This document shows positions 1 to 17,736 of a DNA stretch of 64,000 bases, in pieces. Position 1 is the stretch's first letter. Each line of letters opens with the position of its first letter. Under the pieces are notes generated by a model. That model was given only the letters and a program-made list of their open reading frames with translations, did not search any database and was not told where the DNA came from. Position numbers and translations under genes: made by a program. The DNA is from the human T2T-CHM13v2.0 reference genome, Homo sapiens, in the NCBI RefSeq assembly GCF_009914755.1, contig NC_060936.1. One strand, given 5' to 3'.

Positions 1-563
1 TAGTATCTATTTGGGGATGACTTTATCAATGGGCTTCCCCAAAGGTAATTGTGGGCACTTAATTTACAAATACCCACCTTTAAAAATTGCTATTTACTTA
101 ATTAATTTACAGATACTTTGCTCATGATATATGAGTCCTCTCTAAACAAAGGAAGGTGGTAAACCCCAAGACAAATACACATTCCCACCATTTGTGGAGG
201 AGTTGCAGGGAGGAATGCTTGGTGGTTTCGAATATTTTATCCCCTTTTCCAACCATCGAGAATTTCTATCAGGACCCATAGTCCTAGATTACCGCCACAA
301 TAGCATCATTAACATTTTTAAAGCATGACTATTTCTATATGAGTCTTCCCTTCTTAGACAAAAAGGCATTAAAGGCTTGTATTTCCCTATTTTCTTACAT
401 TCAAGCACTATCCTATCACAATTAAACTTATTGGCTTATTCCTAAGAGCCTTCATGTTTGTATTCTTGGAGCATTAAACTGCCGTTAAATTTGGGAGGTA
501 TTAAGTTAGTAAGGGATTGGCTTACGAACCACTTCAGAAGTAGCCTTCAGAAAGGTATTTATT

Positions 564-895
564 GCCAGGCATGGTGGCTCAGACCTGTAATTCCAACACT
601 TTGGGAGGCTGGAGGATCACTTGAGCCTAGGGTTTCAAGATCAGCCTCTGCAACATAGCGAGACCTCGTCTCTACTAAAAATAAAAATTAAAAAATTACC
701 TGGACTTGATGTCATGCACCTGCAGTCCCAGCTATTCAGGAGAGTGAGGTGGGAGGATCATGCGAGCCTGGCAGTCTGAGGTTGCAGTGAGCCATGATGG
801 CACCACTGCACTCCAACCTGGGTGACAGAGTGAGAGCCTGTCTCAAAAAAAAAAAAAAAAGAAAGAAAGAAAGAAAGAAAGAAACGAAAAGAAAA
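564..895 (+). mobile_element. Alu (AluJ-like) with A/(GAAA)n tail
   Basis: Dimeric Alu motifs with A-rich linker and tail. Confidence 0.9.
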
Positions 896-1113
896 GCACT
901 TATTACCAGGAAAAAGGGTAGGGGATATGCGGCATTTTGTTAGTAAAAGAGTCACTGAAAAAAAATCTGCGAACCACTGTTTCAAGGGAAGCTTGTACTT
1001 ATTCACCCATTGAACTTTGTCATCTTCTGATGGGTGTGGTAGGCTTACTCATAAAGAAAAGAAAGACTCCTAGAAATTTCTCTATTCTTATCTTGAATTC
1101 TGGTTGTTCCTGC

Positions 1114-1321
1114 AATACAGAGCTAGTATTTAATTATTTGGTCTACTTTCTTTGTGTACTACAAATTCTGTAATATTGGGAACATTAACCAATTCAGTAA
1201 GAGTTGAAGGAAGAGAGAATACAGAGCTAGTATTTAATTATTTGGTCTACTTTCTTTGTGTACTACAAATTCTGTAATATTGGGAACATTAACCAATTCA
1301 GTAAGAGTTGAAGGAAGAGAG
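1114..1321. repeat. Perfect 104-bp tandem duplication (2 copies)
   Basis: 1114-1217 and 1218-1321 are identical base for base (aatacagagctagtattt...gaaggaagagag). Confidence 0.95.
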
Positions 1322-1330
1322 GGGACTTTA

Positions 1331-1335
1331 CATAT

Positions 1336-1396
<61 letters not shown>
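1331..1396. repeat. (TA)n microsatellite with (CATA) lead-in
   Basis: About 24 uninterrupted TA units seen directly. Confidence 0.95.
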
Positions 1397-1397
<1 letters not shown>

Positions 1398-2125
1398 CCT
1401 TTGAAAGATTGCCAAAGGAGGGCAAAACAGTTTGGATACAGTCTCAATAAGCTTATCATATTTTAAATCTGCCTAAGAGCTTACGTGTAACCCTCAAGTT
1501 AAACAACAGTTGACATGCATGCATTCTGATAAAACTCGATTACCTAATACACTAAATTTCAGAACTGGTGGGAAAAAATAGATTTTTACTGGCAAAGTTA
1601 TGTCTTTTTTTCAGCTGAAAATTAATACATGGAAGGATAATCTTAGGAAATGTCATTTGTTTTATATGCACGTATCTAACTCTAAAACAAACTTTATTGC
1701 TCCGTGTAATTATACAAATGCTGTATATGTATGTTGCTAAGTACTTAAAATCTTCATTGTAACTATAGTTGAACTTCTAATGAATACCCAGGGACAGCAA
1801 AGACATGTCTGAACAGGTAAATCAGTGCATAATTAAATGACATGCATGTCCTGTGTATTGCAATCTTTTAAAGCTCTGAGTACTTTCTATTACGCAATTT
1901 TTTAGAGCAGCTCTTTTTTTTTTTTTTACACAAACATGATAAGGACACAAAAGACTTATTTTCTTTTCCTCTGGCCACTGTGTTATGAGAACCTCATGTC
2001 TTACCACACCAACCCCCGCCCTTGACTGGATTGCCAGTAAAGACCAGATTTTTCCAAATATTATGTTCTAGCTGGATTTGCAACAATCATAAGTCAATCA
2101 TTAGGAATCCTGTGCATATGGCAAA

Positions 2126-2426
<301 letters not shown>

Positions 2427-2470
2427 GCGAAGTTTATTTTAATAGTATTTTGAACTGAAAATAAGCAAGC

Positions 2471-3083
<613 letters not shown>

Positions 3084-3561
3084 GGAACATATTTAAAATT
3101 GTAATATCCAAAGAATACTACCATAGCTCAAGTTTGTTTTTATTCACATGTTCCACAGCATTCACTTTAAGTAAATATCCATTATTGTTTCCCAAATCCT
3201 TTTGGGGTCAGCAAATAATACTTTAAGAAAAAGTTTGTGGGGGAAAAAAGGAAATTTTAATTCCTTTCCATGGGAAAGTTCCAAATAGAACAAAAGTGGT
3301 TCTTAGATATAATTTTACAAAACCCTTATAGCACGTTGAGGCTAAAGGCATTTATGCAATTACTAAGTCTACTGTATATGTGAGCAAACATGAGGGTAGA
3401 ATAAGAATAGAGCTATTATGTTACTGTACCATTATTCTAGTGGTCTGCCTTTAATACCCAGAGACATCTTTGGAGAATGTCAAAATGTTCCCTTTATTAT
3501 AACATTTTTTTCTTTCTTTTTCTTCTGATTAATAAGGTGGGTTGATAATATAAATTTTTAA

Positions 3562-3862
<301 letters not shown>

Positions 3863-5767
3863 TATAACTTTTTTAAATTGTTATATCTAGTTCTTTGCTA
3901 GAGAAATTTTATTTTGATAAATGAGTTAATAATTATAATTTAATTATAATACAGAAAAGGTTTCAGTGGTATCCAAAAGGAAAGATTTGACTGATATATG
4001 AATGTGCTCGCTTCTGAAATAGAAGCAACAAGAAAATATAATCATTTTAACTAAGGCCAGACAATTGAGGCAAAGTATACGACCAATGGAATTGCCATTC
4101 AAGCATGGCAGGTATTTTGTTCCAGCATTCCCCATTTTCAGGTTAATCTTCAAATTTTTTTCCCCAAATGATTTCTCAGGGCTACGTGTCCCCTGCTTTG
4201 AAACAGCATGCTGTTGTTTCCATAACATGAAGTCTATTCTCTAGGGTGGCCAGATCTCAGCTGAGGGCAAATCATTCTCAGAATCATTGCTCTGTTCCCA
4301 TGACCTGGACCTGATTAAACAAATTACAGTGGCAAGCCCAGAAGTATTCCTCCAACCAGTTAGGCAGAAACTTGGGACCTAAGCAAGAGACAAGGCACAG
4401 AGGAGAGCAACAAGGTGCAGCTAACTTTTTTTCTGGCAAGAATAAGGAAAGAAGATGGACACTGCAAACAAGGGCAGAATTCTATAAACCTTGATAGTGA
4501 TGGTGAACACCAGCATGAAACAAATAAAGCATCATAAAATGACAAGCAATTACAGACTCTGCAGTAAGTAGATGAGCAAACCTGATATATTAACTAGTTC
4601 CAATGCTCCAAGTACAAAATTTATGTATGAATCTAACAAAATTAATAGAATAATAACAGTGCTTAAATTTTTTATTAAAAGCTGCCCATCAATGCAACTC
4701 TATCTTTCCTATATGTTGTTTTTATAATTCATTTTCTGTATCTCTGGGTCTAATTGGCCATAGTCCATCTTGTTTTAAAAGTTCATCATTCCAAGATCAA
4801 TTCCACTGGTTAAAATAGGCAATCTTTCCACAACTTGTAAACATAAAACTTGCCTGGAAATAGCCTGCTTTCCTTCCCTTTGTAGATGTTAATCAAACTT
4901 AACAGCATAGACTTGAAATTCAATTCAGTTTGGCTAGACATGAATTCAACTGACTTTAACATTTTAAATGATAAAAAATAATAAAACCAGTAATACAAAA
5001 GAGGATCTAGACATTGCCTTATCAATACTCAAAATGGATATTTACAAGTGTTTCCCAAGTAAGGCAAGTCGTAAGTATTTGATTTAATAATAGTATGCTG
5101 TTCCACAACTAGTGTATATTGAGGAATTGCATCCATAGACAACTCCAAGGTCAAAGTCCTTATAATATCATCTTTATACAGTTAAATGGATTAATTAGCA
5201 AAAAGATATTGATATCCCGTCTTGAGAATATAATAATTCAGGCAAGCTACAGTCAATCAATTTGTGTATTTGATAATTATGTATTGGGCACCAATGTGTA
5301 TCAGGCCCCAGTTAGGGCCTAAAAATCACCACAGATAAAACCAATATGTTCCACACTCATTATAAGAAGAAAGGAGCTTTCAGCGGTAGAGAAAGCTTTG
5401 CTTTTCCACAGGTCTCCCATCGTTTGTGAGGAAGAGCTAGTTCTCATTTTCTCTAAATAGGGAGGCTTAAGACTGTGGAGAAAAATGAAATGAGAAGAGA
5501 GTAGATACTGATATTTCTATGTGGGGCAGAGGATGTACAAACACCTATGCCCTGCCTTTTGTCTGGAGATTCCAACAAAAATGAGGATATGGGATGAGAC
5601 AATGGCACAGGCATAGAAATTAAACAGGGGAGGTTTCAAAGACTCCCATGCTTATCAAGGCAGTCCGTTGTTAAAGACCAAAATCATTAAGGCTTTGTTA
5701 ACCACATTTTTTGTTGTTTTAGGGGCTCGTGTTTCTCTCAAGCCTAGTGTGCTCTCTGTTCATCTTA

Positions 5768-6151
<384 letters not shown>

Positions 6152-7517
6152 CTATCTTTATAGCTTATACCTCTAGCTCATAGTAGCCATCAACGTAGTA
6201 ATGCTATTTTTTCTTAGACATTAATATGACTTATAAGCATCTTTTATTGGATAATAACAACAAAAAAACTTGTTTGTGAAGTGTCTTATAGTTTACAAAA
6301 CACTTTCACCTACATTATCTCATTTGATTAATGACTCTGGCAGGTGGCCTGGGCAGCCATATTTATCTTTGCTTTGTAGAAACCAAGACTTAAAGACGTT
6401 ATGAAACACCTAAGGCATCACAGTGAGTTACAAGTAGAGCTGAGATTTAAACCTAAATCATGTGTCTTCAAGCCTAGATCATGTGATCCTACTTTAATTT
6501 CTTCTTTCCGTGGTCTGTCTCCCATAAGAAGTAAATTATGGTACCATGGCATTTAGCCATCACTGCTTTAGATGTTGCTAAGGCAAATGGTTTTTATCCC
6601 ATCTTTAGTTAGCATCATATAAACAATAGGTAATAAGTAAAAAGTCGCTAGCTACTCCTATGCATTAAGGAACCTGAAAGAAAGGGTTAATCATTATGTA
6701 AAGAATATTATGAACGGCCTAAAGAGAAGAAAGAAAATAAAAGAGCAATGGCCCCTTATAAAAGGTTTATTAAGAGAAGAGCATTTAATCTGAAATTTTA
6801 ATAAAATAATTATCCTCTTAGTGATTGGCTAATATATTAATCTTGCTGGAGTAATGTTTTTATCTTCTAAAAGATATCTGTTTGATAAAATGGGCTGAGG
6901 ATAAAAAATTTAAGCTATTTTTAAGTCACTGAGCTTTTCAGTGACTCTTGACGCCAGGTCCCCATTTGATGCCTTATTGTACTATTCACTAAAAGCAACA
7001 TGGTCAGCCACTTAGAACACCACTTCTGGAAAGTTGCCTTGGTTTCCCTCCACATTTTCAGATATTCAAATTAATAGAATAATTTTTGAAATTTTTCCTG
7101 TTTAACACAATTCACCAATAGGTATAGAGCACCAGATGCCAGGCACCAGGACATACAAAGACCAATAAAACTTATTCTATGACCTCAAGAAGTTTGCAAG
7201 AGCAACTTCTATATGTATAGCAATGTTTACTTAGGGCCTACATTTATATCTAGTCAATAACATTTTGAGCTGAATTATCAGCACTTTTCCCTTTTCTAAC
7301 AATGCTTCCCACCTAGGAGATGGGCCCTGTGACTCTCATTGTCACTAATTCCAGCAACACAAGATGTGATCAGGTCTGGACAGTGGACCAAGCTGGACTA
7401 ATTAGATTCATCCTCCTGCCTTTTGAATAAGGACGCAGAGAGTCTTGTAAATGAGCTCTGGGTTATGGATCAGCTAGACTCAGGAAATGAGGGCTCTGGA
7501 TTGGCTAGGCATGATTT

Positions 7518-7578
7518 TAGAGTTGCCAGATAAAATACAGGCATGCTATATTTTTGCTTGTCAAATCTGGCAACTGTA
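7518..7578. mobile_element. Internally deleted hAT MITE (MER53-like), ends only
   Basis: TIRs tagagttgccagat / atctggcaactgta (13/14 complementary). 8-bp TSD catgattt / catgatgt. Confidence 0.7.
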
Positions 7579-9094
7579 CATGATGTGCCATATAAAAGTG
7601 GAGTTAAGAAAGCTATTCTGCAAAAAGGAGTAGAAACGTAGAAATAGCAAAAATTAACAACTATGGTGAAAGTGTAGTGGGGAAGAGGATAAGTTTCAGG
7701 AAAAGAAAAAATATCCCAAGAGTTGCCTCAGTCACTGACAACTTTCCAGTCCTCAGCTCCAGTCCCTCAAGGAATGTGGCTGCATTTCTTGCCCTTGAGT
7801 TCTGTAAGATACCTTGACTGTTTATAAGAGATTTTTTTTCTTTAGATAGCTTAGAAGAAATATGTTTCTCGTATCAAACATGTCCAAAGGCATACATAAT
7901 GTTGTCACACTTTGAGAAAAAGTTTTTATTATTTCACAAATGTTAAAGAATTCACAGAGTCCATGAAATAGATGAATAGGAAACTTGTTTCTTATTTACC
8001 AAGTAGGAAAGTTTGCCTCAAATACAATGAGATGTCTGGATCAGTACGTCTAAAATTGTGCATTTGGAAACCTGCATAGGTCTCCTTGGTTTCCTTAGAA
8101 GTATAGTTAATGAGTAATGTACATTCCCTAGGTGTTATTCTAAAATGTTGTCCCCAAAGTAAAAAGTATCCACAGGATAAAGTTAGACTTTAGGCATAAT
8201 TCAATTTCAATTATGTTTATTCCTCCTCTTCCTTTTTCTTGTCTCTTTCTTTCTCCTTCTCTTTTTTCTCCCTTGTCCCATTCTCTAATCTCCCTGGCTA
8301 AATTCCTCCAGAGGAAAAAAAAAAAAGGCCATCAAAAAAGTCACTAACACCTCAGTGTAAATGAGTTGAAAGTGCTATTCGCACTTGTAGTATTTGCACT
8401 TTAAAAGAAGACCTTTAAGAGAGGGGAAGCCAACAGAATATTTCTGGGCTTCCCAGAACAGCAAACTTACTATAGTGCTATGGACAACAACCTATACACA
8501 ACCCTATTTAATGTGGTGTTTATATTAAATTAATATTAGATCATGGGGTGAGACAGGTCATCATGGTGAATATTCAAAAAATCTTCTTGGTCTGGGTCCA
8601 TCTACCCAAATTGGGACATGGCTAGGACTGGAGATGACTTTTACTGGTGTGGATCTAGGAAAAGGATCCATGGATATGTAAGCTAGGGACAGTCATCAAT
8701 GTCAACGGAGCAATGGCCCAACTCCCAGAAGAACAAAGAAACAGAACTGACAGGGGACCTGAAGGAGGGGCAAGAGAGACAATCTAAAACATACACTCGG
8801 TAGTATATTTCCAAGGTTAGTTGTAAGGAGAGGCCAAGTAAGAGAACTACATTGCAAGGTTCTTGAACCTAAACAGAACACAGGTGGCTAGGCATTTGAA
8901 TTTTACCCACAAGCTAATTGTTCCCTCTATCCAAAAACATCTTCCCCTGCCTAAAACTTTACTGCCTGGATGTTCTTTTTATTCATTAAACAATCTCTTT
9001 TTGGCATTTGAAGGAAGATTGTAAGTCATTCATACCTTAACATAAACGATGAAGAAACCAGTCAGTTCCAAACTATACTTTAAAACATGGGACT

Positions 9095-9525
9095 GTTGGG
9101 TAGTAGCACAGCTACTTGGGAGGCTGAGGCAGAAGGTGTCCAGGAGTTTGAGGCTATAGTGAGCTATGATTGCACCACTGCATTCAAGCCTGAGTGACAG
9201 AGACCCTGGTCTCTTAAAGATAAATAAATAGGCTGGAAGCAGTGGCTCATGTCTGTAATCCCAGCACTTTGGGAGGTAGAAGTAGGAGAATGGCTTGACT
9301 CCAGGAGTTCAAGTCCAGCCTAGGCAACATAATGAAAGGAACCCTGTATCTACAAAAAAAAAAAAAAAAAAATTAGCCAGGTGTGTGTGCCTATAGTCCC
9401 AGCTACTCAGGAAGCTGAGGTGGGAGAATCGCATGAGCCCAGGACTTTGAGACTACAGTGAGCTATGATTGTGCCACAGCACTCTAACCTGAGCCACAAA
9501 TGAGACCCAGTCTCTGAAAAAAAAA
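9095..9525 (+). mobile_element. Alu right-arm fragment followed by AluJ-like element (9231-9525)
   Basis: Alu motifs and A-rich tails. Confidence 0.85.
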
Positions 9526-9547
9526 TTTTTTTAATAGAAATAAATAA

Positions 9548-9865
<318 letters not shown>

Positions 9866-10439
9866 TTATGGCTAGGGAGAAGGAAGAATTAATTTTGAAA
9901 TAGGGGGGTATTTTGAGGGGCAGGCAGGCCCAGTTATGACAGGAAGGCAGCATTGATGACACTTAGTACTAAAGTGCTAGAATTATGGACAAGAATTGGA
10001 AGACAAACAGAAGAAAGCCTTTAAATTCAATTTTTCTAGTTTACATTTTCTACAGTTTATCCATCCCACAAGATGACTCCCAGAACCCAGATGGAAAGAA
10101 CAATATATAGTACCTTTATGCAAAGTACATCCTTTCCCCCAGGTGGTGAAGAGGCATGCCAGGATCCACAGCTCAGCGAGCAGAGGGGCTATAGATTCCA
10201 GCCCCCTGTCTGCATTTTCTTACCTGGGCATCCTTGTGCACAACTTACACAACCATATGTGCAGCATTCCCTTCTTCCTTTCCTCCTCTGCCCCCCTCAT
10301 ACATATGTCTACCTGGTACTTAACGAAATGTGACTCAACCATCAAGACCCAGCTCAAGTAGCACTTAGGTTGTGATTTTCACAGGAGAGGCCTCTCCTCT
10401 ACTGCCTTATGCTAACACTAGAGACACATCGTAGAATAG

Positions 10440-10655
10440 TGACTAACAGTACCAACTCTGGAGCCAAACTGCTTGGGTGCAAATCCCAGCTCTGCCATTT
10501 CTTAGTGGTATAACTGTGGACCCACTGCCTGTTCCTTTATCTATAAAATGGAAGAATGTAAGTAACAATCTCGTAAGTTTGTTATGGATATCTAACAAGA
10601 TAATACATGTAACATACTTAGAATAATACTTGGCATAATGAGCACTCAGTAGGTA
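10440..10655 (+). mobile_element. MIR SINE
   Basis: ctctggagccaaactgcttgggtgcaaatcccagctctgcca...ctataaaatgg...cttggcataatgagcactcagta matches the MIR core. Confidence 0.75.
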
Positions 10656-10811
10656 TTTGGAATTGCTGTAACTCAGTTGATGCTGATAGGGTATCATTAT
10701 CCCAGTGAATTTTTGTTAGGCTGATATGTGCCTAGTTTTTCTAGTCAAGGAAAAAATTTTATTCATGTTTATATTCCTAGGACCTGGTTAAAAAAAAAAT
10801 TACAGGTTCTA

Positions 10812-11135
<324 letters not shown>

Positions 11136-11983
11136 AAAAATTACAGGTTCTAGAAGATACTCTGTATATTTTTGATAAATAAATGAGTAAGCCTCTGGGA
11201 CTCAATAGCCAAGGAGATTCCTCTCTTGGGAAAACAGGATTCCAGAGAGAAGTCCCAAAGAACAGTATATCCCACGTTTCTGGCCCAGATGCCCCAGATC
11301 CACTTAAATGGAAAGTAGAGATAGTTTTGTGGTATGAACCTGTGACACTGCAGAAAAAGCGAACTCCCCATTGCTTGAGGGCCCAAGAGAGAAGGTCTGT
11401 GAACAGTGGGTAGAGAGAGGATCTTCCTTCCAACACTAGACTCTGCCAATCCCAACTAAGAAACCTCTCCTCCCATTTGTTTTATACAAAAGGTGACATG
11501 GATCCCTGTGAAATGAGGCAAGCCTTTGATTGGACAGGCTCAAGGATAATAGTAAACAGAAGGTACTTTGGATTACACACGTCTAGGCATTGGAAGCTCA
11601 TCAGGACATTGAATGGCACCTAGAATAGTGATTGGCACAATGTTGGTAATAAATAAGTGTTAGATTGATCCATAAATCGTAGAAAGAATAAAATAATTAA
11701 CAAACAACAAGGAATAAGATTATCAATCAATCAGTCCTGGTGGCCAATCCTCAGATTATATTGTGAAGGTGGCTGGTTAGCAATAGTCTACAGTGTCCCG
11801 AGGAACACTGGGTCAAGGAATTACTAAAAGGTCTGGAGTCATTTGCATTTGAAAAAGGCTGCATGCTATACAGTGGAGATTTTTTAAAGTTAGCTTAATA
11901 AGAACTCTGCTTAGCTTTGTTTGGTTAACAGCATGAAACATTTTTCCCCTGCAGAGTGTTCAATAGTCTATCTCAACGTTTAA

Positions 11984-12924
<941 letters not shown>

Positions 12925-12944
12925 TTTATTTTTTAATATGTGTT

Positions 12945-13850
<906 letters not shown>

Positions 13851-13861
13851 TAGTGTTTTTA

Positions 13862-14030
13862 TTATGTATTTTATTTTTAGAGACAGAGGTCTCACTCTGT
13901 CGCCTAGGCTGAAGTGTAGTAGCACCATGATAGCTCACTACAGCCTCAAATTCCTGGGCTCAAGTGATCCTCCTGCCTCAACTTCCTAAGTAGCTGGGAC
14001 TACACGCTCGTGCCATCATGCCTGGCATGT
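13862..14030 (-). mobile_element. Alu right-arm monomer (FRAM/AluJ fragment)
   Basis: Single antisense Alu arm. Confidence 0.8.
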
Positions 14031-14628
14031 GTTCTTATTTTTTATGTGACAGAATCTTTCTCTTGATTGGTAAGTTAAGAGAGTGTGAATTCTGCTATGC
14101 TACGCAGGGATGTATACTATCAATATGTAAAATGTAGCATAAGTTTTAGTTGATCATAATCATTTTACAGGAAAAAGCAGGTTATTCATAATATTTAGGG
14201 CTAAAGATTGGGATGTGGTAAGAGGAGATTGCTATAATCAAGTAACATTCCATCCAGAAGATAACAAAAATAGTAAGAATACATCTGTTCCTCATGCTCT
14301 CCTTCCTCCCAACTTCAAACATGAATCAGTGTAAAATCTTTCCCTAATGTCACTTTCTGAAGTTGGTATGCTGGCATAGAATCCAAGGTCCTGGTGTCTC
14401 TTCCATTTTCTCTTTTAATGACCATTCCTTTATTCTTACCTATCAAAGGATAAGGCTAAATTAATTATTTCTTTGAGTTTTTGTATCTTCAGTATTTCAT
14501 TTTCTCACATTTTTGTTATAGTCTTTATTTATATAATTAGCTATCATTGCTTCATAGGCCTGCTGTTTGTTAAAAATCTTACCAATACCTCTCAATTTTT
14601 TCAATTTGTTCTATTAATAATGAGATCT

Positions 14629-14898
14629 GGGCCAGGTGCGGTGGCCCATGCCTGTAAATCCTAGCACTTTGGAAGGCCAAGGTGGGTGGATCGCTTGAGC
14701 TCAGGAGTTTGAGACCAGCGTGGGCAACATGATGAAACCATGTCTCTACAAAAAATACAAAATTAGCGGGGCATGGTGGTACATGCCTGTAGTTCCAGCT
14801 ACTTGAGGGACTGAGGCAGAAGGATTGCTTGAGTCCGAGAGGTCGAGGCTGCAGTAAGCTGAGATTGCACCACTGCACTCCAGAAAAAAAAAAAAAAA
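14629..14898 (+). mobile_element. AluJ-like, lacking the last ~28 nt of the right arm
   Basis: Body ends cactgcactccag directly into poly-A. Confidence 0.85.
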
Positions 14899-15578
14899 GA
14901 GAGATTTGAAATAAACACAAGGTTCTGAAGTTTTTTGTATGATTGGATAGATTTCATTGTTCTATAGGCCCCCTTTCTGCTTATCATCTTCCACTTAGTG
15001 AGCATCATTTATCCCTGAAAAAGTTCTCCTTGAGTTAATTTTAAGTGGAAAAATAACATTAATTTATTGAGTCTACTTTGAGCTGCCACTTCCAAAACAA
15101 AACAGCAACAAGTTTTAAAGCAAATTTCTTTTCTTCTATATTCTCTAGATCCATGGTTTAAAAAGAGGGATTTGGCAAAATTCACCAGCAGTCCTTAGGA
15201 TTACATTGGTACTGAAGTAAAGCGAGGGAAAAAAAAAGTAAAATTGGAGATGAGATAAAACTATACTAAGTCCAAAAGGATCATGAGCTCTGATAGCTAG
15301 GGAGAGAGGAGAAGAAAGATACAATGATGCTAAAAAGGGACTTTTTATTGTTGTTTGTTTTGTTTTTGCTTTTTGACAGGCAGGCAGGGAAAACTGAGGG
15401 AGAGTAATCTAACATAGATACAATTCCTAAGGCATAAGCTCATTCTAACTGTATTGTAACAAAGTCAAGTAGCTTGTTAAAACAAATACAATAGGAATTG
15501 CGTGGGTTTCAAAGAATTCCCAGGAGACCACTAGTGAACAAAAATTTTCAGAATATTTTCTAGAATTAGACAGTATGG

Positions 15579-16370
<792 letters not shown>

Positions 16371-16712
16371 CTAAGCTATAGAACATAAGTTCCGTTATTG
16401 TACATTTTAGTAGTCACTGTTCTAAGAAAAAGTAATTTTACCACCATCATTGCACAATGTACTAAGTCAACTTTATGTATCAAACACTAAAAGATATAGA
16501 ACAGTAGTTCCCAAACCACTCTTGGAAATATGGGGCATGGAGCAGATATAGTGCCCAGGGGTCAGAGATCAAATCATCCATGTACATATATATATATATA
16601 TCTCAATAATGTTGTTGAAAAAAATATTTTTAAGTTGAGATCCACTACTGTATTTGGTGGTATTTTCAGGCAAAAACAGTAACATAGATAGCAGAATAGA
16701 AAATGGTATTTT

Positions 16713-17184
16713 AGGCCAGGCACAGTGACTCACGCCTGTAATCCCAGCACTTTGGGAGTCCGAGGCAGGTGAAGCACCTGAGGTCAGGAGTTCAAGACCA
16801 GCCTGGCCAACATGGAGAAAACCCATCTCTACTAAAAATACAAAAATTAGCTGGGTGTGCTGGTGGGCACCTATAATCCCAGCTACTCAGGAGGCAGTAG
16901 CTGAGGCAGGAGAATCGCTTGAATCCGGGAGGCAGAGGTTGCAGTGACCCAAGATCACACCACTACACTCCAGTCTGGGCGACAGAGCAAGACTCTGTCT
17001 CAAAAAAAAAAAAAAAAAAGAAAAAGAAGAAAGAAAGAAAGAAGGAAGGAAGGAAGGAAGGGAGGGAAGGAAGGGAAGGAAAGAAAGGAAAGAAAGAAAG
17101 ACAGACAGACAGACAGACAGACAGACAGGCAGACAGAAAGAAAGAAAGAAAAGAAAAGAAAAGAAAAGAAAAGAAAAGAAAAGA
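16713..17184 (+). mobile_element. AluS-like with ~180-bp compound microsatellite tail (A, GAAA, GGAA, GACA, GAAAA)
   Basis: Alu body 16713-17001, then purine-rich repeats, closed by a degenerate TSD (agaaaatggtattttag / agaatatgggattttag). Confidence 0.9.
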
Positions 17185-17474
17185 ATATGGGATTTTAGAG
17201 TAAAGGAATGACCCTGTTTAATGCAAAAGGTCCTCTTTTAGGCAGCACACTCCTGTGGTTTGTCCAATTTCTTTCTGATACTGTGTTGTATTCAATATTA
17301 CTCAAAAGGAACTGTCATCTGTAGATCTTAGAAATCTTTTATTATTATTCTGAAATTTCATTATGTTTCCCCCTAAAGATAATTAACATTAACATTTTCT
17401 TATAATCCTTCTAGAAATTTTTCTCTGCATATTATTTTACTAATAAAATTGAGATTAAAATAGCACCAGACTAC

Positions 17475-17476
<2 letters not shown>

Positions 17477-17508
<32 letters not shown>
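17477..17508. repeat. (GT)16 microsatellite
   Basis: Seen directly. Confidence 0.95.
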
Positions 17509-17510
<2 letters not shown>

Positions 17511-17736
17511 CTGGCTTCTTTAACTTCATATTAATTTTTGAAAGTTGTCTTTTTACTTCACAAAATGTGATGATTATAAAAATATTTTTATCTATACAAT
17601 TACAAATGTAAAGATAAGTTACTGAGTGAGGTTCTGAATGGATCTATTGTCCTAGGTATTTTTATGGATAGGATTTGTTAAATAAGAACCTATAAAAAGT
17701 GCTCTGCAAGAAGTCTTACTAACGTTCCTATCCATG

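Noticed and set aside
1114-1321. Direct repeats as a CRISPR-like array
   Set aside because: Two abutting copies with no spacers, in a eukaryotic context with no cas genes.
6924-6946. 9-bp stem hairpin agtcactga-gcttt-tcagtgact
   Set aside because: Too short to exceed chance in 64 kb; no ncRNA context.
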